The position numbers were made by a program, and so were the translations under genes. Below, one piece after another: positions 25,684-39,950 of a stretch of DNA of 64,000 bases; positions within the stretch are counted from its first letter, which is position 1, and every line of letters starts with the position of its first letter. The notes under the pieces are model-generated. The model was not told where the DNA came from. It ran no database searches and saw nothing but the letters and a program-made list of their open reading frames with translations. Origin of the DNA: Oopsacas minuta (Eukaryota > Animalia > Porifera); contig JAKMXF010000299.1 of the NCBI GenBank assembly GCA_024704765.1, positions 1,216,863-1,280,862 of the forward strand. Reading direction: 5' to 3'.

Positions 25684-26263
25684 TCAAATTTTTGTAGATA
25701 TGGATTGTGTTTACAATGTAATATCACAAATACATATAGTTGGACAAAGGTGTACCATTTGGCTTCCCTTGGGGCCGCCAGTGCTCATGTCGCCTTGTGC
25801 ATAATTTCCAACCATCCAGGTCCAGGGATCCTTTGATTATCTCGGGATTTGACCTATGATCCAGGGGAACATATTGGATATTTTGGGCTTTTTTCTCATA
25901 AAAGTGGGAAAATGATATTTGCAAAGAATATTTAAAAATGAGGAAATTTTCAAAAATCCAGGGATTTCGATAGAATATCCATTGAAACAGTTACAAGGGG
26001 TTGGTATGTATGCTTATGCCACTTTTGGTTGTGGCACAATCGTTTATCCAAAGATATATCTAGTAACCTATAGATCCGATTGTAATTGCATAAATGTACT
26101 TCAGGATATTCTCTTCCCGAAAAATGATGTCGCAATCTAATGTGGCTATAATTGTTTTCTTACTATACAGGTCGAAATTTTGTATTTTTCCCTCACTTGC
26201 AGGGCTATTCCTGGTATTTTAGTATTGAATGCCTTTATGATTTTTCCTAGCAATCTTTATACT

Positions 26264-26519
26264 ATGCCCAGTGTTTCAGTTGATAAGGCTGCATTTGGTT
26301 CTCGTATTCTGCGTTTGTTTGATTTATGGAAATCCAATCCCGAATTATTTGGTCATGTAGATTCAATTTCTGTTCCTCTTGGACCAGATGAATTGATGTA
26401 TGCTAAATCCTCTTCTCTCTATACTTGGTTATTTGGTTATGAGATACCTGATAGTTTATTAGTGCTCTGTTTAGAGAGAGATCAGGTTCCACCACTATGT
26501 GTTTTCCACTTTTTATCAG
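26264..26519 (+). CDS. SPT16: FACT complex subunit SPT16, coding exon 1
   Basis: MPSVSVDKAAFGSRILRLFDLWK...VDSISVPLGPDELMYAKSSSLYTWLFGYEIPDSLLV matches the conserved SPT16 N-terminus as I recall it (human LDKDAYYRRVKRLY...[20 protein letters not shown]). It ends TCA G|GTAATA, a phase-1 donor. Confidence 0.93.
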
Positions 26520-27117
26520 GTAATAATGGTTATTTTTGTGATTATGTCTTAATTCCCGCAATCAATGTTTACAAAATCTCCGAATTTTACTTTGCCCACG
26601 TATGCTCGTAATCTTATGTTGTATTTCTGGAACTTGAATTTTTTCGCAATTATCAGTGATATATTCATTGACATTAGTATTTAGTCTAAAAATTGGAAAT
26701 TATGATTAGTTATATCTGTAATCGAACACATCCTCGCCTGACATTTCGTCGCTTTACAGTCTAAATCCGTCCTCTCGAATTTCCGTTAACTCAAGCTTCT
26801 GAAGAGATTTTGATTTGCCCTAAGGGCTGAGATATTGGATGTTGAGTGCATGATAACAATCATTCATATAATATAATATATTTACGAGATTTGAAGATCT
26901 TGTAAATATAATATAGTATATATTAGACTTTCAAAATCAATCTTCTAACTTATCTATGTCTCACTATTGGACATAAACAATTTATTGAAAATCTATATAT
27001 TCGCAACTCTTTTCACTGATTTGGTTCTTTTCTTCTCTCTGCTTTCTGCATGATAATATCCCTTGATTACATGTTCTCAATTACCCTATATACCAACCAT
27101 TACCTACAACAGTTCTG

Positions 27118-30100
27118 GTCAATTGGGGAGGTGTGGGGGGCCTCAGTAGGCCGAATCGCGAAAAATATAAATCGTCGGTTCTACTTCTACCTAAGGGAAA
27201 AGTTGCCTTTACCAGTTTCTACGAAAATGCGAAGCTTAAATTTGAAAAATATTTCGATTTGACCCTTGCGGATTTATATTTTGCTGTGTCACTTTCGCAA
27301 AATTGATTGTATATTGTCCGAATTTTCAAATTCCTTTGACTTAGCCCCTTTATATATATTATTTGGTAATAGTAAGTCGCATATATGCTATTTAATCTAA
27401 TTTATACTCTAAGGATACTCAAGTTATCAAGATGTTATTGCATATTCTATCATACCTTAATAATATTACCCACCCCCTTTTATTCCGATTATTTGAAAAT
27501 TCTATATTCTTAGTACAACTAGCTATATAATCACAAAACTTGATATATTTCTGTATCTATTTCTTATTCATTAATAGGTTTCCACAAAGTAAATTTACCA
27601 ACATTCCTTATCTCTTGTTCTTAACTTAGTTACCATTTATCTAGCATGGAATTTATGGTCAATTATAGTATCTATATCAGTACTCGATCAAATCATTCAT
27701 ATTATTGGGGGATTATATTCCTAAAATTTGTTTATTTTGAAATTGCCGAAAACACGCATAGTAGAGTATTTCATCCTATTTTTGGCTATCCAGGACTCAT
27801 TCCAGAAAATCAACTTCCAACAAAACTAGATCTATACAATCATTATAGAATGCTTAGAAATGAAGATTCCAAATCAACTAGAGACGATTTAGCGAAAAAA
27901 TTAACTGAAGTATTAGTGCGTATCTATAATTTGGCTTCCATACCCCCATATCAGAGCTCATAATAAAACATTACATCATTTCTGATATTATTGAGAGAGC
28001 TAAATACTACGGAAAAAGAATCCAAAACAAGCAATAACCTGACCGTATACAGCCTATTATTTCCGAATTCAATATCTTGTTCGATGTCTCAAGTTGCAAA
28101 TGCCAAATTCAGGAAGGTCAATGTTTTTGCTCTCTCGATAAAAAGATACCACGCCGTTAGTGGCCATTTCTCTTTGATCAGCGAAACGCTCAAAAATTAT
28201 TTATATCCAGCTTGGATTGCATGACAACCTCTAAAAATATTGTTAAACAAAAAAGAAAAGCGGCACAATATGAAGAGAAGAAAGGGAAATGAAGAAGATA
28301 GTCAAATTATTGATAGAAACAAACTCCGTAGATCTAGATTCTCTGTGAGAAAGGAATTGGCTAATGAGGCTCACGAAACTATCAATGATATATCTGCAAT
28401 GTATTTTGATGGCCCTAAAGATCAAACTCGAGTACTAGTAGAAAGAGAAGATGGACATTTGCATCAGGATACTGCAAATGAAGAACATTATACTGTCTTA
28501 TCTGGACCGGGGAATCAGTATGTTGCCTATGTAACACCAAGTTCTGGTAAAGCCAAGACATAGCAAAGGAATTGACTGATCTTTGCAGGGAGCGTAATTC
28601 ATATTTAATGGCGGTTGGAGCTGATGGAGCTCGAGTTAACACTGGAATCTACAATGGGTGTATTAGATTACTTGAACTAGAGTTCACAAAACCACTCCAC
28701 TGGTTTATTTGCCAATTACGTGGTAATGAACTTCCATTGAGGCATCTCTTTCAAATAATAGATGGAAAAACCAGTGGACCCATTTCTTTTAAAGGAGTAA
28801 TTGGTAAAGAACTTAATTGTGATTTTACTTGCAAACCAATTGCAGCGTATCATCCTTTATGCGATAAAACTCAACTTATTGATTCCGATATTCTCAAGAA
28901 TTTAAATAAAGATCAGAAATATCTATATAATATCTGCCATGCAGTTCAGACTGGTATTTGCTCATCTGAACTGGCATCGATGCAACCTGGTCCTATACAT
29001 CATGCTAGATGGACAACACTGGCCAACAGATTACTTAGGTCGTACATTTCTACGATACAAACCACACCTGAATTATGCCGAATTTGTCAATTTTGTTGTG
29101 AATTATTATGCACCAGTTTGGTTTAGAATCAGGAGTAACTCGATTTGCACAGATGGACCTAAAAATATGTTTTTTGCGATATCTTTGCTGCGAGATCTAT
29201 CGGAGTCTGACCAAGAAGTAATTTGCGATGTGATATAGAGAAACTCATATTTTTGTCATCCAGAAAATCTCCTGTTATCGATGCTTGCAGATAATGATGA
29301 ACAAATTAGACAAAAGGCAGTGAAGATTATTTTAGATATCCGAATTAACAGTTCATCATTTAGACCGATTGAAATTCGCCCATTTAATCTTCCTTCAATA
29401 AGGTTCACTGCTGAAACATATGTGGATATGATTGACTGGGAAACCTCTTTTATCATAGAACCGCCTTGTACAAGATACCTCTCAAAAGAGGTATAATTAA
29501 TTGTGTACCTGCTCCACTAGAAATTCCAGCATATCCATGCCATACACAAGCTGTTGAATGAACTATTCAATTAGTCACTAAAAGTTCATTTTCAGTAACA
29601 GGAGAAGATGCGAGACACGGATTAATTCTTTCAACCCTAACATCAAGCGAAAAAGTGCCCTCATTTGAGTCAAAGAAAGATTATGCATGTTGAATATACT
29701 TGATATAACATAACTGAATCATCTACGATAGATAAAAAAGCTAATAATTTTCAAATAATCTGAAAAAAATGGGGGTGGGTAATAGTATTAGGGTATGATA
29801 GAATATGCAAAAAAATCTTGCTAACTTGAGTACCCTTGGACGTAGAAATTCGATTAGTAACCATTCAATAGCAAATATGCCACTTACTATTACGAAAGAA
29901 TATATATAAGGGGGCTAAGTCAAAGGAATTTGAAAATTCGGACGATATAAATTCACTTTAGCGAAAGTGACACAGCAAAAATATAAAACCGCAAGGGTCA
30001 AATCGAAATATTTTCAAATATAAGTCTCCCATTTTCCTAGAAAGGATTAAGGCAACTTTTCCCTCCGGTAGAAGTAGAACCGACGATGTATACTTTTCTC

Positions 30101-30140
30101 GATCCGGCCTAGGCCTCAGTGCCCTTGCCTCCCAATTGTG
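27118..30140 (+). mobile_element. DNA transposon with approximately 390-bp TIRs and a decayed CxxH-type DDE transposase (hAT-related, hATm/hATx-like; superfamily uncertain)
   Basis: 27118-27505 and 29745-30140 are degenerate inverted repeats. Frameshifted protein at about 27740-29693 with MYFDGPKDQT, GADGARVNTG, CQL(R)GNELPLRHLF, PGPIHHARW, HPENLLLSML and PCHTQAVE. Confidence 0.75.
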
Positions 30141-30589
30141 GAACATGGATAAATTGTGCAAATGTGCACAGGATCACTGACCATTATTCTTACCCCACTA
30201 TTTTTATGAATACTCCATTTGAATCTTGTAATTATTCTTGTTTTTTTAAATAAATTGCACTTTGGATATTTCCTTTTAACATATTCTAGAATTGTCGAGC
30301 CTTAAAATAATCTCTCACTCGCTTTGGTTGCTCGTTACGTATTGAATTTGTGGGAACAGTATTTGAGAACGGAAGGAAATGTGTTAATAGGTACCAGTTT
30401 ACTTACCCCTCAGGCATGTTACATAATTTCTTGTATTGTTTGCAAGTAATGATCATGAATTTAGGATTATGTATGTGAGATTTTGGAGTTATGCCAGAAA
30501 AGGATCCATGAACGGTTAGCTGCATAGCCTACGAAACTAAAGCCTATTCACGATATTTAACTATAGATTGATTCATGTCTATTTAAATG

Positions 30590-31446
30590 GGGACGCTGCA
30601 TTTGTCAGAATTTTGGAGTTGTCATTTGTCGGAATTTCCATTTCTGACTTTGTCAGAATGGTTTTATTGAGTTTTGGCTTTGTCAGAATGGTTTTTATTG
30701 TACTCCTACTTGGGAGAATCAATTTTGCATTTTGGTTTACTTATTACTTAAATCTCAATCATTACTATATGACTCAAAATAAATGACTAGGAGAAGAAAA
30801 GTTTTTGGATATCATGTGGTTGCCTGTTGAGTAGGTTACTAGTGAATATTTGGAACATATCCTCTATCGTAGAGCGGCATATCGGACAAGGTTGTCCAGA
30901 TTGTTTCAACCGTTCACTCAATCACTACAGCAGTTTGCATGTCTCCAATGTATGAAGATCCACGTTGTTAAATGTGTTGTAAGACAGACGGCACAAACGT
31001 TAGTACTTGTAGATATACCAACGTCTTCATCCTCAGACTTTCTAGTGGCATCTGGATATTCAGCTATCCTACCAATTGTGCAGCTAATCGCATTTATGAA
31101 TTCCAAAGGATTCATAAGTCCCTCTCTTAACTTCTCCTTACAAGTTCTTCTCTGTTCTTCAGTCTTTACGTGGACTTTCTTCCTTGACATACAAATCTCT
31201 CTGTTTAAATAATTACAAGAAGGTGATAATTAAATCCCTCAATCCAAAACAAATAAACAACTAAATAGTGTCGAAACTAAATGCAAAAATTAATTCTCCC
31301 TAATCGCAGCACTATATCTCATAAAAACCATTTTTGACAAAGTCAAAACTCAATAAAAACTATTCTGATAAAGTCAGAACTCAATAAAAACTATTCTGAC
31401 AAAGTCAGAACTCGATATAAACCATCTGACAAACGCATGCGGTCCC
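30590..31446 (-). mobile_element. Non-autonomous MULE-like element carrying a RING-like coding remnant
   Basis: Ends GGGACGCTGCATTTGTCAGA / TCTGACAAACGCATGCGGTCCC with tandem subterminal TTTGTCAGAA repeats. Approximate 9-bp duplication ATTTAAATG / ATTGAAATT. The internal minus ORF ends CAVCL...HWRHANCCSD. Confidence 0.65.
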
Positions 31447-31673
31447 ATTGAAATTTGACTTTCAATTTATCTCATCGATAAACCAAATTCGGCCCATTTT
31501 GGCTCGAATTTATGAATTATTGATAGTTAGTAATATATAAATGTCATATTATTCAACAATTACCAGTTTTAATGACTTCATTTGTTCCGTTAGAAAGGCA
31601 ATATGTTGTTAAACATGCACTAATTTGAAACCTCTGTTAACGAACACTAGTGCTTCTTGGCTTACATATTTAA

Positions 31674-32058
31674 TATCAAGTGATATAAGGATGTTTATAC
31701 AAATATTGTAAAACTTTTGGAGTTTGAAATAGTCACGTTACTGAGTTGCATTAGATATCATGGATAACACCATGAATGGCACTTATTTGGTAAAATCCCT
31801 TAATAGCTCGATACCCGCAGGAGTTATTATCAAATAATTCAAACTAATATGTACTTTATGCCCAAATTCCCATACCTTTGTAATACATTTTGATACGATA
31901 TCTCAATCTGGTTTGATAATACTTTAGCAACTATTGAGTTATTTCAAGGATTTTACAAATAAGTGCTATCCATGGTACCTAATATAACTCAGTAACGATA
32001 CAACTTTATAATTCCAAAAATTTAAATTTATATATACACATCCTTATATCACTTGATA
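31674..32058. mobile_element. Hairpin MITE with degenerate arms of about 120 bp, flanked by TTAA
   Basis: TATCAAGTGATATAAGGATGT / ACATCCTTATATCACTTGATA; internal GTTACTGAGTT / AACTCAGTAAC and CATGGATA(A)CAC / GTGCTATCCATG inverted matches. Confidence 0.65.
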
Positions 32059-34899
32059 TTAATTCTGGAATCGTAGACACACTAGTGATCGTTTTTCAGA
32101 GCTGTAAAATGGTGCATTTTTAACAACATATTGCCCTTCTAACCAATCTGATGACTTCATTTAAGCTGGTAATAGTTGGATAATATGGCTTTTGTAAATT
32201 ATTAACTATCGATAATACATTTATTCATGCCAAATGCATCGATTTTGTTTTATCAAGAAATCTACTTCCAAGTCAAATGTCTTAGACTTGACTTAATCCA
32301 TAGTCCATGAAATTCTAGACCGTGGATAGGCTTTCGTTTCGTAGGCTGTGGGTTAGTTGGTTTGTATGAGTATAAATAATGCGCCATTACGACCGGGAAA
32401 AATTTGATAATGAATGTATACCTTCCAACTTGTCTGTCACATCCCTGATTACAAGAGAGTATTTCCTTCCGGTATCATCTCTAGCTCTTGAACCTCAAAT
32501 TTTTTTCTCGCTCGCCACGCTCGCTGGTACTTTTGTATGTAATAATCAAAAGCGTCGAGGCACCATTATGAAAGATCCAATTGCCCCCCCAATATTTGCA
32601 TTTTGTTACGCCACTGTGTTGTAGACATCTTTGCTTTCAAACTGAAGAATACCTGTTTTCTAAATATTAAACATTCTGGATGAGATGATTTTATGACATT
32701 CTAGGCTACGAGTTCTAACATAGTTACTATAGAAGAACACCTCTATTCCAAACATCTGTATTAGAGACGTTAGAACGACAAAACTGCACGAACTATACTT
32801 CTCATCAAGTCTATAGTCAGAAGTACAAGGAAGAAATATATATTTCAACGATTCCATGATTGACAAGTAAGTTATTCTTTTCTTTCAATTAATAATGTAT
32901 GTTCAAACGATTGCCCAACAAAGGCTTCGTATTTACCGGAATAGTAGCCCCTACCATAATCAAAGTTTATAATCTGTCCCAATTGAGTGGAGTCTACAAT
33001 TTGATTTCAAATTTCAAATCAAATTCATTACTCTAAGTATTATTTCATATTCAATCAAATCATTTCAAGGATCTAATCATCTCAAATCAAATATTTAGAG
33101 GACTTAGGTAATATTCCACCGTGCCAATCCAGTATTCAATGTTAGAAACGGAAAGTTGTTAAGGTGATATTACTGTATTCTTCTGATTACTCCTTTGGGT
33201 ATTTTCCTGCACGAAAAATTGATGCCGCGTTTTTATCAAGGAATTTGGGGACTTAAGAGTCACTTAACGTTGCGCGAAATTGGACACGAAAAGTGCAAAC
33301 TCACTTGGCTCAGTCTAATCATCTCGATTGCTTTGAAATTTTCACACAAGGAAGATAGGTGGGATCTCTTCAAATCCGAGTCTATTTGGAAATCTAGAAT
33401 TCTGCTGATTTGGCACCTGGATCCTTAACTTATGTGTGGTTGAATAGTAGCGAAATTTACGAAGATCCGAGCCTGGAGCTGTTACATTGTCACGTTCATA
33501 AAACTCTTCAAATATCTGAACAAAACAAATTATGCGTGTTGACTTTATGCTTTTCCTATTTTAAGTCATTATTTGAACCAAATTTGGATAACAGAGTTAA
33601 ATTTAAGTTGTCTTTAACACAATTTGAAAGAATAGAAATCATTTGAGTGACTAACTATAATGCGACTCACTTAATCCTTTTTAAAATTTGTATTATATAA
33701 CTTGAGCAAATCTTAAATTTTGTTAGTGAATATGGTGCCTGATTATAAACTATACACATCTATATTTTGCTTGTCTTTCTAAACTGTGAGGAGCGAGATA
33801 TAATTTATATCTTATTATATTTATTGTGATATTCATAGAAATTGATTGTATTATTTAAAATATTAGCTAGTTACGACGAATTTGACTTCCTTATCTATTC
33901 CATCAAAATGAAATCGTTGATTGGGTAACACAGACTCGGAATTGAAATAATCTATCAGAATTGTTCCATCTCATTTCAGTTTTGTGCAAGTATTAATTGA
34001 ATATCTAATTAGCTCATTATCTATTAATGAGCAAAATGTGACTATACAATATCTAATTTTATAAGACTTCATCGATTCAGTCAGGTTAATGTAAAGTAAC
34101 ACTTGCACATAGTACCTACAGGTATATGATAATATGGATTTTAAATATTGGCCTTATAGCCACGATATTTATTTGTAGATTTGCTTGTGTTGAAATAATT
34201 ATGCTCGATTAGTTTATGTTACTAATGCCGTGTGGAGATTTGCTAAGATTCCTTTCATAATGGGCTCTTCCTTCAATTGATTTCTCAGCTCATCTATGGT
34301 TGAAGTAATTCGTTTTCAAAGTTTGCCAGGCCATTTTCAGGTTATTTGTACGACATTTCAGGACATTCGCAGGTCATTCAGAATATTTCAACCTATTTTT
34401 AGGCTTCAGGGAATTTACTGTATTCTTCTCATCTAAACGTAATTAGAATTGAATAACTTCCATATTATGGTCAACTATTTCGAGCATGATACATCTTCTG
34501 ATATTTCCCTCCTCAAAATTCATACTGAATAAAACTTGGCAGTATATTTGCACTCAGTTGATTGTTAAATAACCTGCAATTAACCTGAAATGCCTATCAT
34601 TTAACACTTCTGTCACAGTTAGTTTTACTTTTGGTTGTCCAAGCTTCCGCTTTTACTTCTTAACCGAGTTTTACTCTATAATATTCAGCCAAAGATTGCT
34701 TCTAACCTCTGTATGTCATGCGAATAATAACTTCTCAGTTAATGGCATATCTTACCTTGCTTACCCTTATTTTTGAAGTAGTATAACCCATAATTTATCT
34801 TCTCTATCCATAAATAGATTTATCACAAAACTCGCCCAATGAAGATTTCCTCAACAAGCGTCATCTCGAATTCTCGGATCTGAAATTTACTTTATTGTC

Positions 34900-35200
34900 T
34901 CTTCTACTATCTCTGCGCATAAGCGTATTGATCTTAGCTGAATAAATTTTGACAAATGGTAAAGCTTCTAGCATCGGATCTAACCGAGTCCCTTCAGTGA
35001 GTGTTGATGATAGAAGGAATGGGTTCGTACTTACAAATTGCTAGACAAATCCTGAAAGCAATTCCCTATTATTCTACCGCTATAGAACCTTCAAACTCTA
35101 GTGGGAAGTGGACGATGAATGTATTCTATACCTGAATATATGTATCCGAAGAGTAGAGGTTCATGAATCTGCCAGTATCTAAATGCATTTTCTACTAAGA
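34900..35200 (+). pseudogene. Possible Penelope-like RT remnant
   Basis: FKL*WEVDDECILYLNICIRR resembles the Penelope RT C-terminal FTxEvE...LPFLDVLIxR motif; very degraded. Confidence 0.3.
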
Positions 35201-37716
35201 GGGCACAAATGTTTCGACTTCTAGTTTTATTTCAATGATACTAGATGCCATTTCCTGCCACCACATTCTCCACATTATATATCTATATTATGATAGAAGA
35301 GTACAAGACCGATTGTTCAGCTGGAGAGGCTAAAAGTTTTGATGTTGATGTAATATGTTTTTATTGTATTATGACATGTATACACTGCATATAATTTTAA
35401 CAATTAACTCTATTATGAATTATGCACAATGGTATTTATGAAATTAACACATTTGGTGAAATTTTGTTGTTGGAGTAACCTATGAATTCAATATTTATTC
35501 TATACAATAATACAGCAATATAGAATATGTTTAGTTTTGAGTATATTTTTCCATCCATTGTCCAAATATTTAGTAACTGTCATTGCCTTAGTGCATAGAA
35601 TCCTATTAATATATGATATAACTTCTCAAGAATTTATCGATTATTTTATTCGGACAGAATCCTGGCTCTCAACTCTCACGATTTCAGGTCCACAAATTCT
35701 ACAGAATCCTTATTCTTTTCATAGAAAACTAATATTTACTTGCACATCTCACGATTTTCGAGGTTTCCAGGTTGAGAGCCCTGCATAATATATTTTATCA
35801 ATGCCGTCGAACATAATTGGGCCCGATGGTGCCGACCACCCCGCCTTGGAAAGTTGAGGAGATGGTTTGGGCCTAGTTCATCTAGTCCTCTAATATTTTC
35901 TTGATAGTCCTAGAGCCCTAGGACTCCAATTCCTTTAATGTTTAAATATATAATAATATTCCAGAATCCTTTTCTGGAGCTGAGTTACCAGTGACTGAAC
36001 TTGCCAATATTTTTTCAAAATTAGCTATTATGCATGGACATCATTATTCATTTCGATCAAAATATTCGTCGGTATATTCACTAGTTGGTGTACTAACATC
36101 TAGAATCTATATTATACAGTAGAATTCAGATAAGACGTACCCCTTCGGGATTGAAAATTGGTAGGTCTTTACCGAATACGCTATCCGGATGTTTCTTCCT
36201 AATAAATTTCAGACATAGGGTCAGTCCATTTCTGCTGGGCTTAAGTCCAAGCGCAAGCCCTTACGATGCATGGTTTCATACAGGATTTTAGTTTGGGGGG
36301 GGAGAAATCATGGTGACTGGAATACAGTATTTTGAAAATAATCGGTCTCTCGCCTACCCCTAAGGGTACAGCGTACACAAGATGTTTTTAAAGTGCTATA
36401 CTGAAGATTTCAAAAGTTATATAGAAATCATACAAAATAATTACCATTTCACTTCCAAAGTTTATTGAATAATAAATTTAATTGAATGTATTCGTATCAG
36501 TTATAATGCGTGGATTTGATGGTTAAAGTAGACCTGAGCGGTATATACTGACTAGATCTTTCATCACTTTCTCGCCTAACTGAAACGTATCACCTGTTAA
36601 GTCTATTTTCACTTGTGTTTTCGAACACTAGAAGATTTATTATCAAACTTATCATTAGCCGACATTGGAGTCATCCCAAACTACTCATTTATAAGTTTTC
36701 ATGTCTCTAGTCATGATCCAACTGCATCTTTCGCCGATTTTTGATTAAACTAGACATAATCAATGCAAAACCAACATAATTACGAAATTCATTTGTATCC
36801 CCACTAAATCTATATGTATTCCATTCAAATTTTATACGAGAAATCAACACTATATAGATAGCATATTTAGTTGTAAGAGATGTGGGTTTTTCAAAAATCG
36901 TGGCAACTGATGCGCCCTAGTTATCAGTGAAAAATTTCACGTCATCAGAATGCATTAACAGATCTGACAATAGAGCAACGCAGGAATGTGGTACATTCCG
37001 TTATGAAATTTATGCTGACCCCATTTTGTGACACTGCTAGGGGAGTCTAGTTTTACACATATCGATCATCATTATGACCTTTTACGCGATATTATCGGAA
37101 TGTCCTACATTATTTTGATATTTCTTGCAGATGCGTGGTGTAGTCGCCCTTTTGTTTGACAAACTTTGGATATAAATGCATCCTTTATTTTTCAGACGTT
37201 GATCACTCTATTTGGTTATTACGTTAATGTGATCAGAAATTTTTGAATTTCGATAGTCCAGTACCTATAAATTAGGTCTATTATTAACTGGGGCCTCTAT
37301 GCACTACTATTACATAGACACACAGGCCATAGGTTAACATAATGCACACAGTTTCGAAATATTGAAATTGGAAAATCCTGATAGGTATTTAGACTCGAAT
37401 TCAGAAATTCTGCACATTAACCGATTAATACCGAAGTGTCACGTTCGTAAGAAAAGTAACACTATAATTTTACCACTTCGTTTAACCAATTCCCGCACCC
37501 GAATCGAGATTTATACACCTTTTGAGATCATAAAATACTAATACAGTACTTTTTTCCCGCCGTATTCGGTTAAGGTATAACTTGGCCGAATACAGTGATC
37601 GAAATCAGGGGGCGGACATTTTGGAAATTATTGGGGTGCTATAGACTAATTTACCCTGATTTAATTTCCTATAGCAAAACTAAATCTATTTATTAATAAT
37701 TATCAACACTTAGTAT

Positions 37717-39659
37717 CAGTGGCGTACCCAAAGGGACCATGGCCCCCGAACTCTTTTGATTGTAGGTTTGATAGACTACCAATCAATAGTGTATCATTAA
37801 CCCATTTTTTGTTTTCTACATCCTATGAAATCGTAAGATAAATGTTTTTTTTGTATTATTACAAACGTTTACATAGCAATGTCAGTTTTTCTTTTCTTAT
37901 TTGCCATTCTACTAATAATATCTGGATGCAGAGCCATAACATGTTCATAGATGGCTAAGGGCTAGTCCTATTTTGTATTTCTTTTGCCATTGTATTCTTT
38001 AAGTACGTCTCACATGTCTGAAGGTAGAGAAACTCATTTCACTGGTTGCAGTAGTGATTGGTGGTGTAGCGAAGATCTGCAGTGTCCTGAACACGGCTGG
38101 CAATAAATCTTTGTTACAAACAGCTAAAGCTCCAACAGCATTTCAGGTATCGGCTCGCTCTTACTATTTTATTAGCCCAAATACATTGCCAAACTTTCAA
38201 TTGTGCTTGGATTTCCACAATGCAGAATGGCAACAACTGCTCTATAGGTTCCGAAACATTTTATAAATGACATAAAGGCATTTTTGGCTCATTATTTGCA
38301 GGAAATTTTGCTATGTAGAACCTTTTCTTTATGTTTCCAGAATCTTGTATCTACTTGATCCACCAAGCACTGAAAATAGGGAATGAATTTGTTTCTTTAT
38401 AGAAATCTCTTCTCGACCAATGAATTTAAACTTATCTCTTGTTAGAACTCTCGGGAATGTCGCAGAAGACCGAAAATTTTAGCGTTTTATCTAGCTCACA
38501 TGACAATATTGCTTTTATATTAATGATCTTGTACATCTTATAAAATATTTCAGCCAAATTCTCTATGCCAGAACACACAGCAACCAATCTAAGTTCGATA
38601 ACTGTAATTGTTTGGAAACATTCAGTAAAAGTGCACTTGGATCTTATAAAACAGTACAAGAGTGAATGAAGTCAAACGAAGTACAAACGTAAACTACCTG
38701 ATTTGCATTAGAAGTTATTTCTCCTCCTGGCACATGAGTAGTTCCTCCCAACCTCCAACTATTGCTTCATTTTATTCAATAAATACCCAACCGCATCATG
38801 TCTCTCAACCATCTTGAAGACTCTAGAGTTTCAATTGCTGGTGTTTCTATTCGTGGAATACAACTTAAATTGTCTTGCGAAATCTCTCCTCGCGTAACGG
38901 ATATACATGAAAAAGGAGATTATTCAAGTTAGATTAGAGAATGTATTGTTAAGCACAACAGTATTAGCCTTCACAATGACCAAATTTAAACTATGCGATG
39001 AAGAAAGAGTATTGTGGACCATTGGATGCTTTCACACATGTATGCATGTACTCCTTTGAATTTCCCTGACATTGCACTAGTACCGTCCAATCCATGTCTA
39101 GCCAAATTTTAAATCAACACCAGAAGATATACAGTATGACTCAATTGATTTTGCAATTCCTTCCCCGGTTATGTCAGTTACAATTACCAAACCAAGAAAC
39201 TTTTCGTTTCAGATTGTGGCATTATTATCTGAGATATTCGTAGTTGTGTAGCGATTACTAGCGAACTGATATTGACAACTGTCCATGTGCTGAAACATCT
39301 GCTGACTGGTCAGCAATATTAGAAAAATTGACACTTTCTTGTACTTCAAAAACAATCTTTTCTATTATCATTGGTCCACAAATATTGATGATTTCGTTTT
39401 GGATCTTTGGGCATGCATATTTAGCATTGGCTCCACTAGACATTATTAGGTTCCTTAAATACAGAGTCTCCCATTCTTAGACGCATAGAAGGTGCACCAC
39501 AAAAATTTCGGTCCTTTTTACTCGCTTATTAATTTTTAGATTCTCCTCTATGTCCAAGTAATGCCCTTTCCTGCCGACGGAGTAAAAGAATGGTTTCTGT
39601 TATAGGCACAAGTCACAGTGTAGCAAAATGGCGACTATGGGGTAATAGATACTTCACTG
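37717..39659 (-). mobile_element. Decayed hAT element (DUF4371/THAP12-ZMYM1-like)
   Basis: Ends CAGTGGCGTACCCA / TAGATACTTCACTG. Fragments NAKYACPKIQNEIINIC...IADQSADVS and a dimerisation-domain remnant LQIFATPPITTATSEMSFS. No clear target duplication. Confidence 0.7.
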
Positions 39660-39950
39660 AAGATATATGTTCAAATATGTTGTCATTATAGTAAATCGAC
39701 TCTGTAGATTTAAAAAATGGCACCAGATTTTTAGTTATACCCCTGGAAATGGGAATATGACGTAATCTGTTGTATTATGATACAATTAGTAATTATTGTT
39801 ATTGAATAAATACGTTCTAAATTTTTGAGTGTTTAATATCAGCCAGCCATATTTATTGATAAACTAGAATAACAATGCTTATACTTAATTCATTACTGCA
39901 TTGGATACTTCATAAAATGAAACTAATTAATTCGAAATTAGGTAATTATA

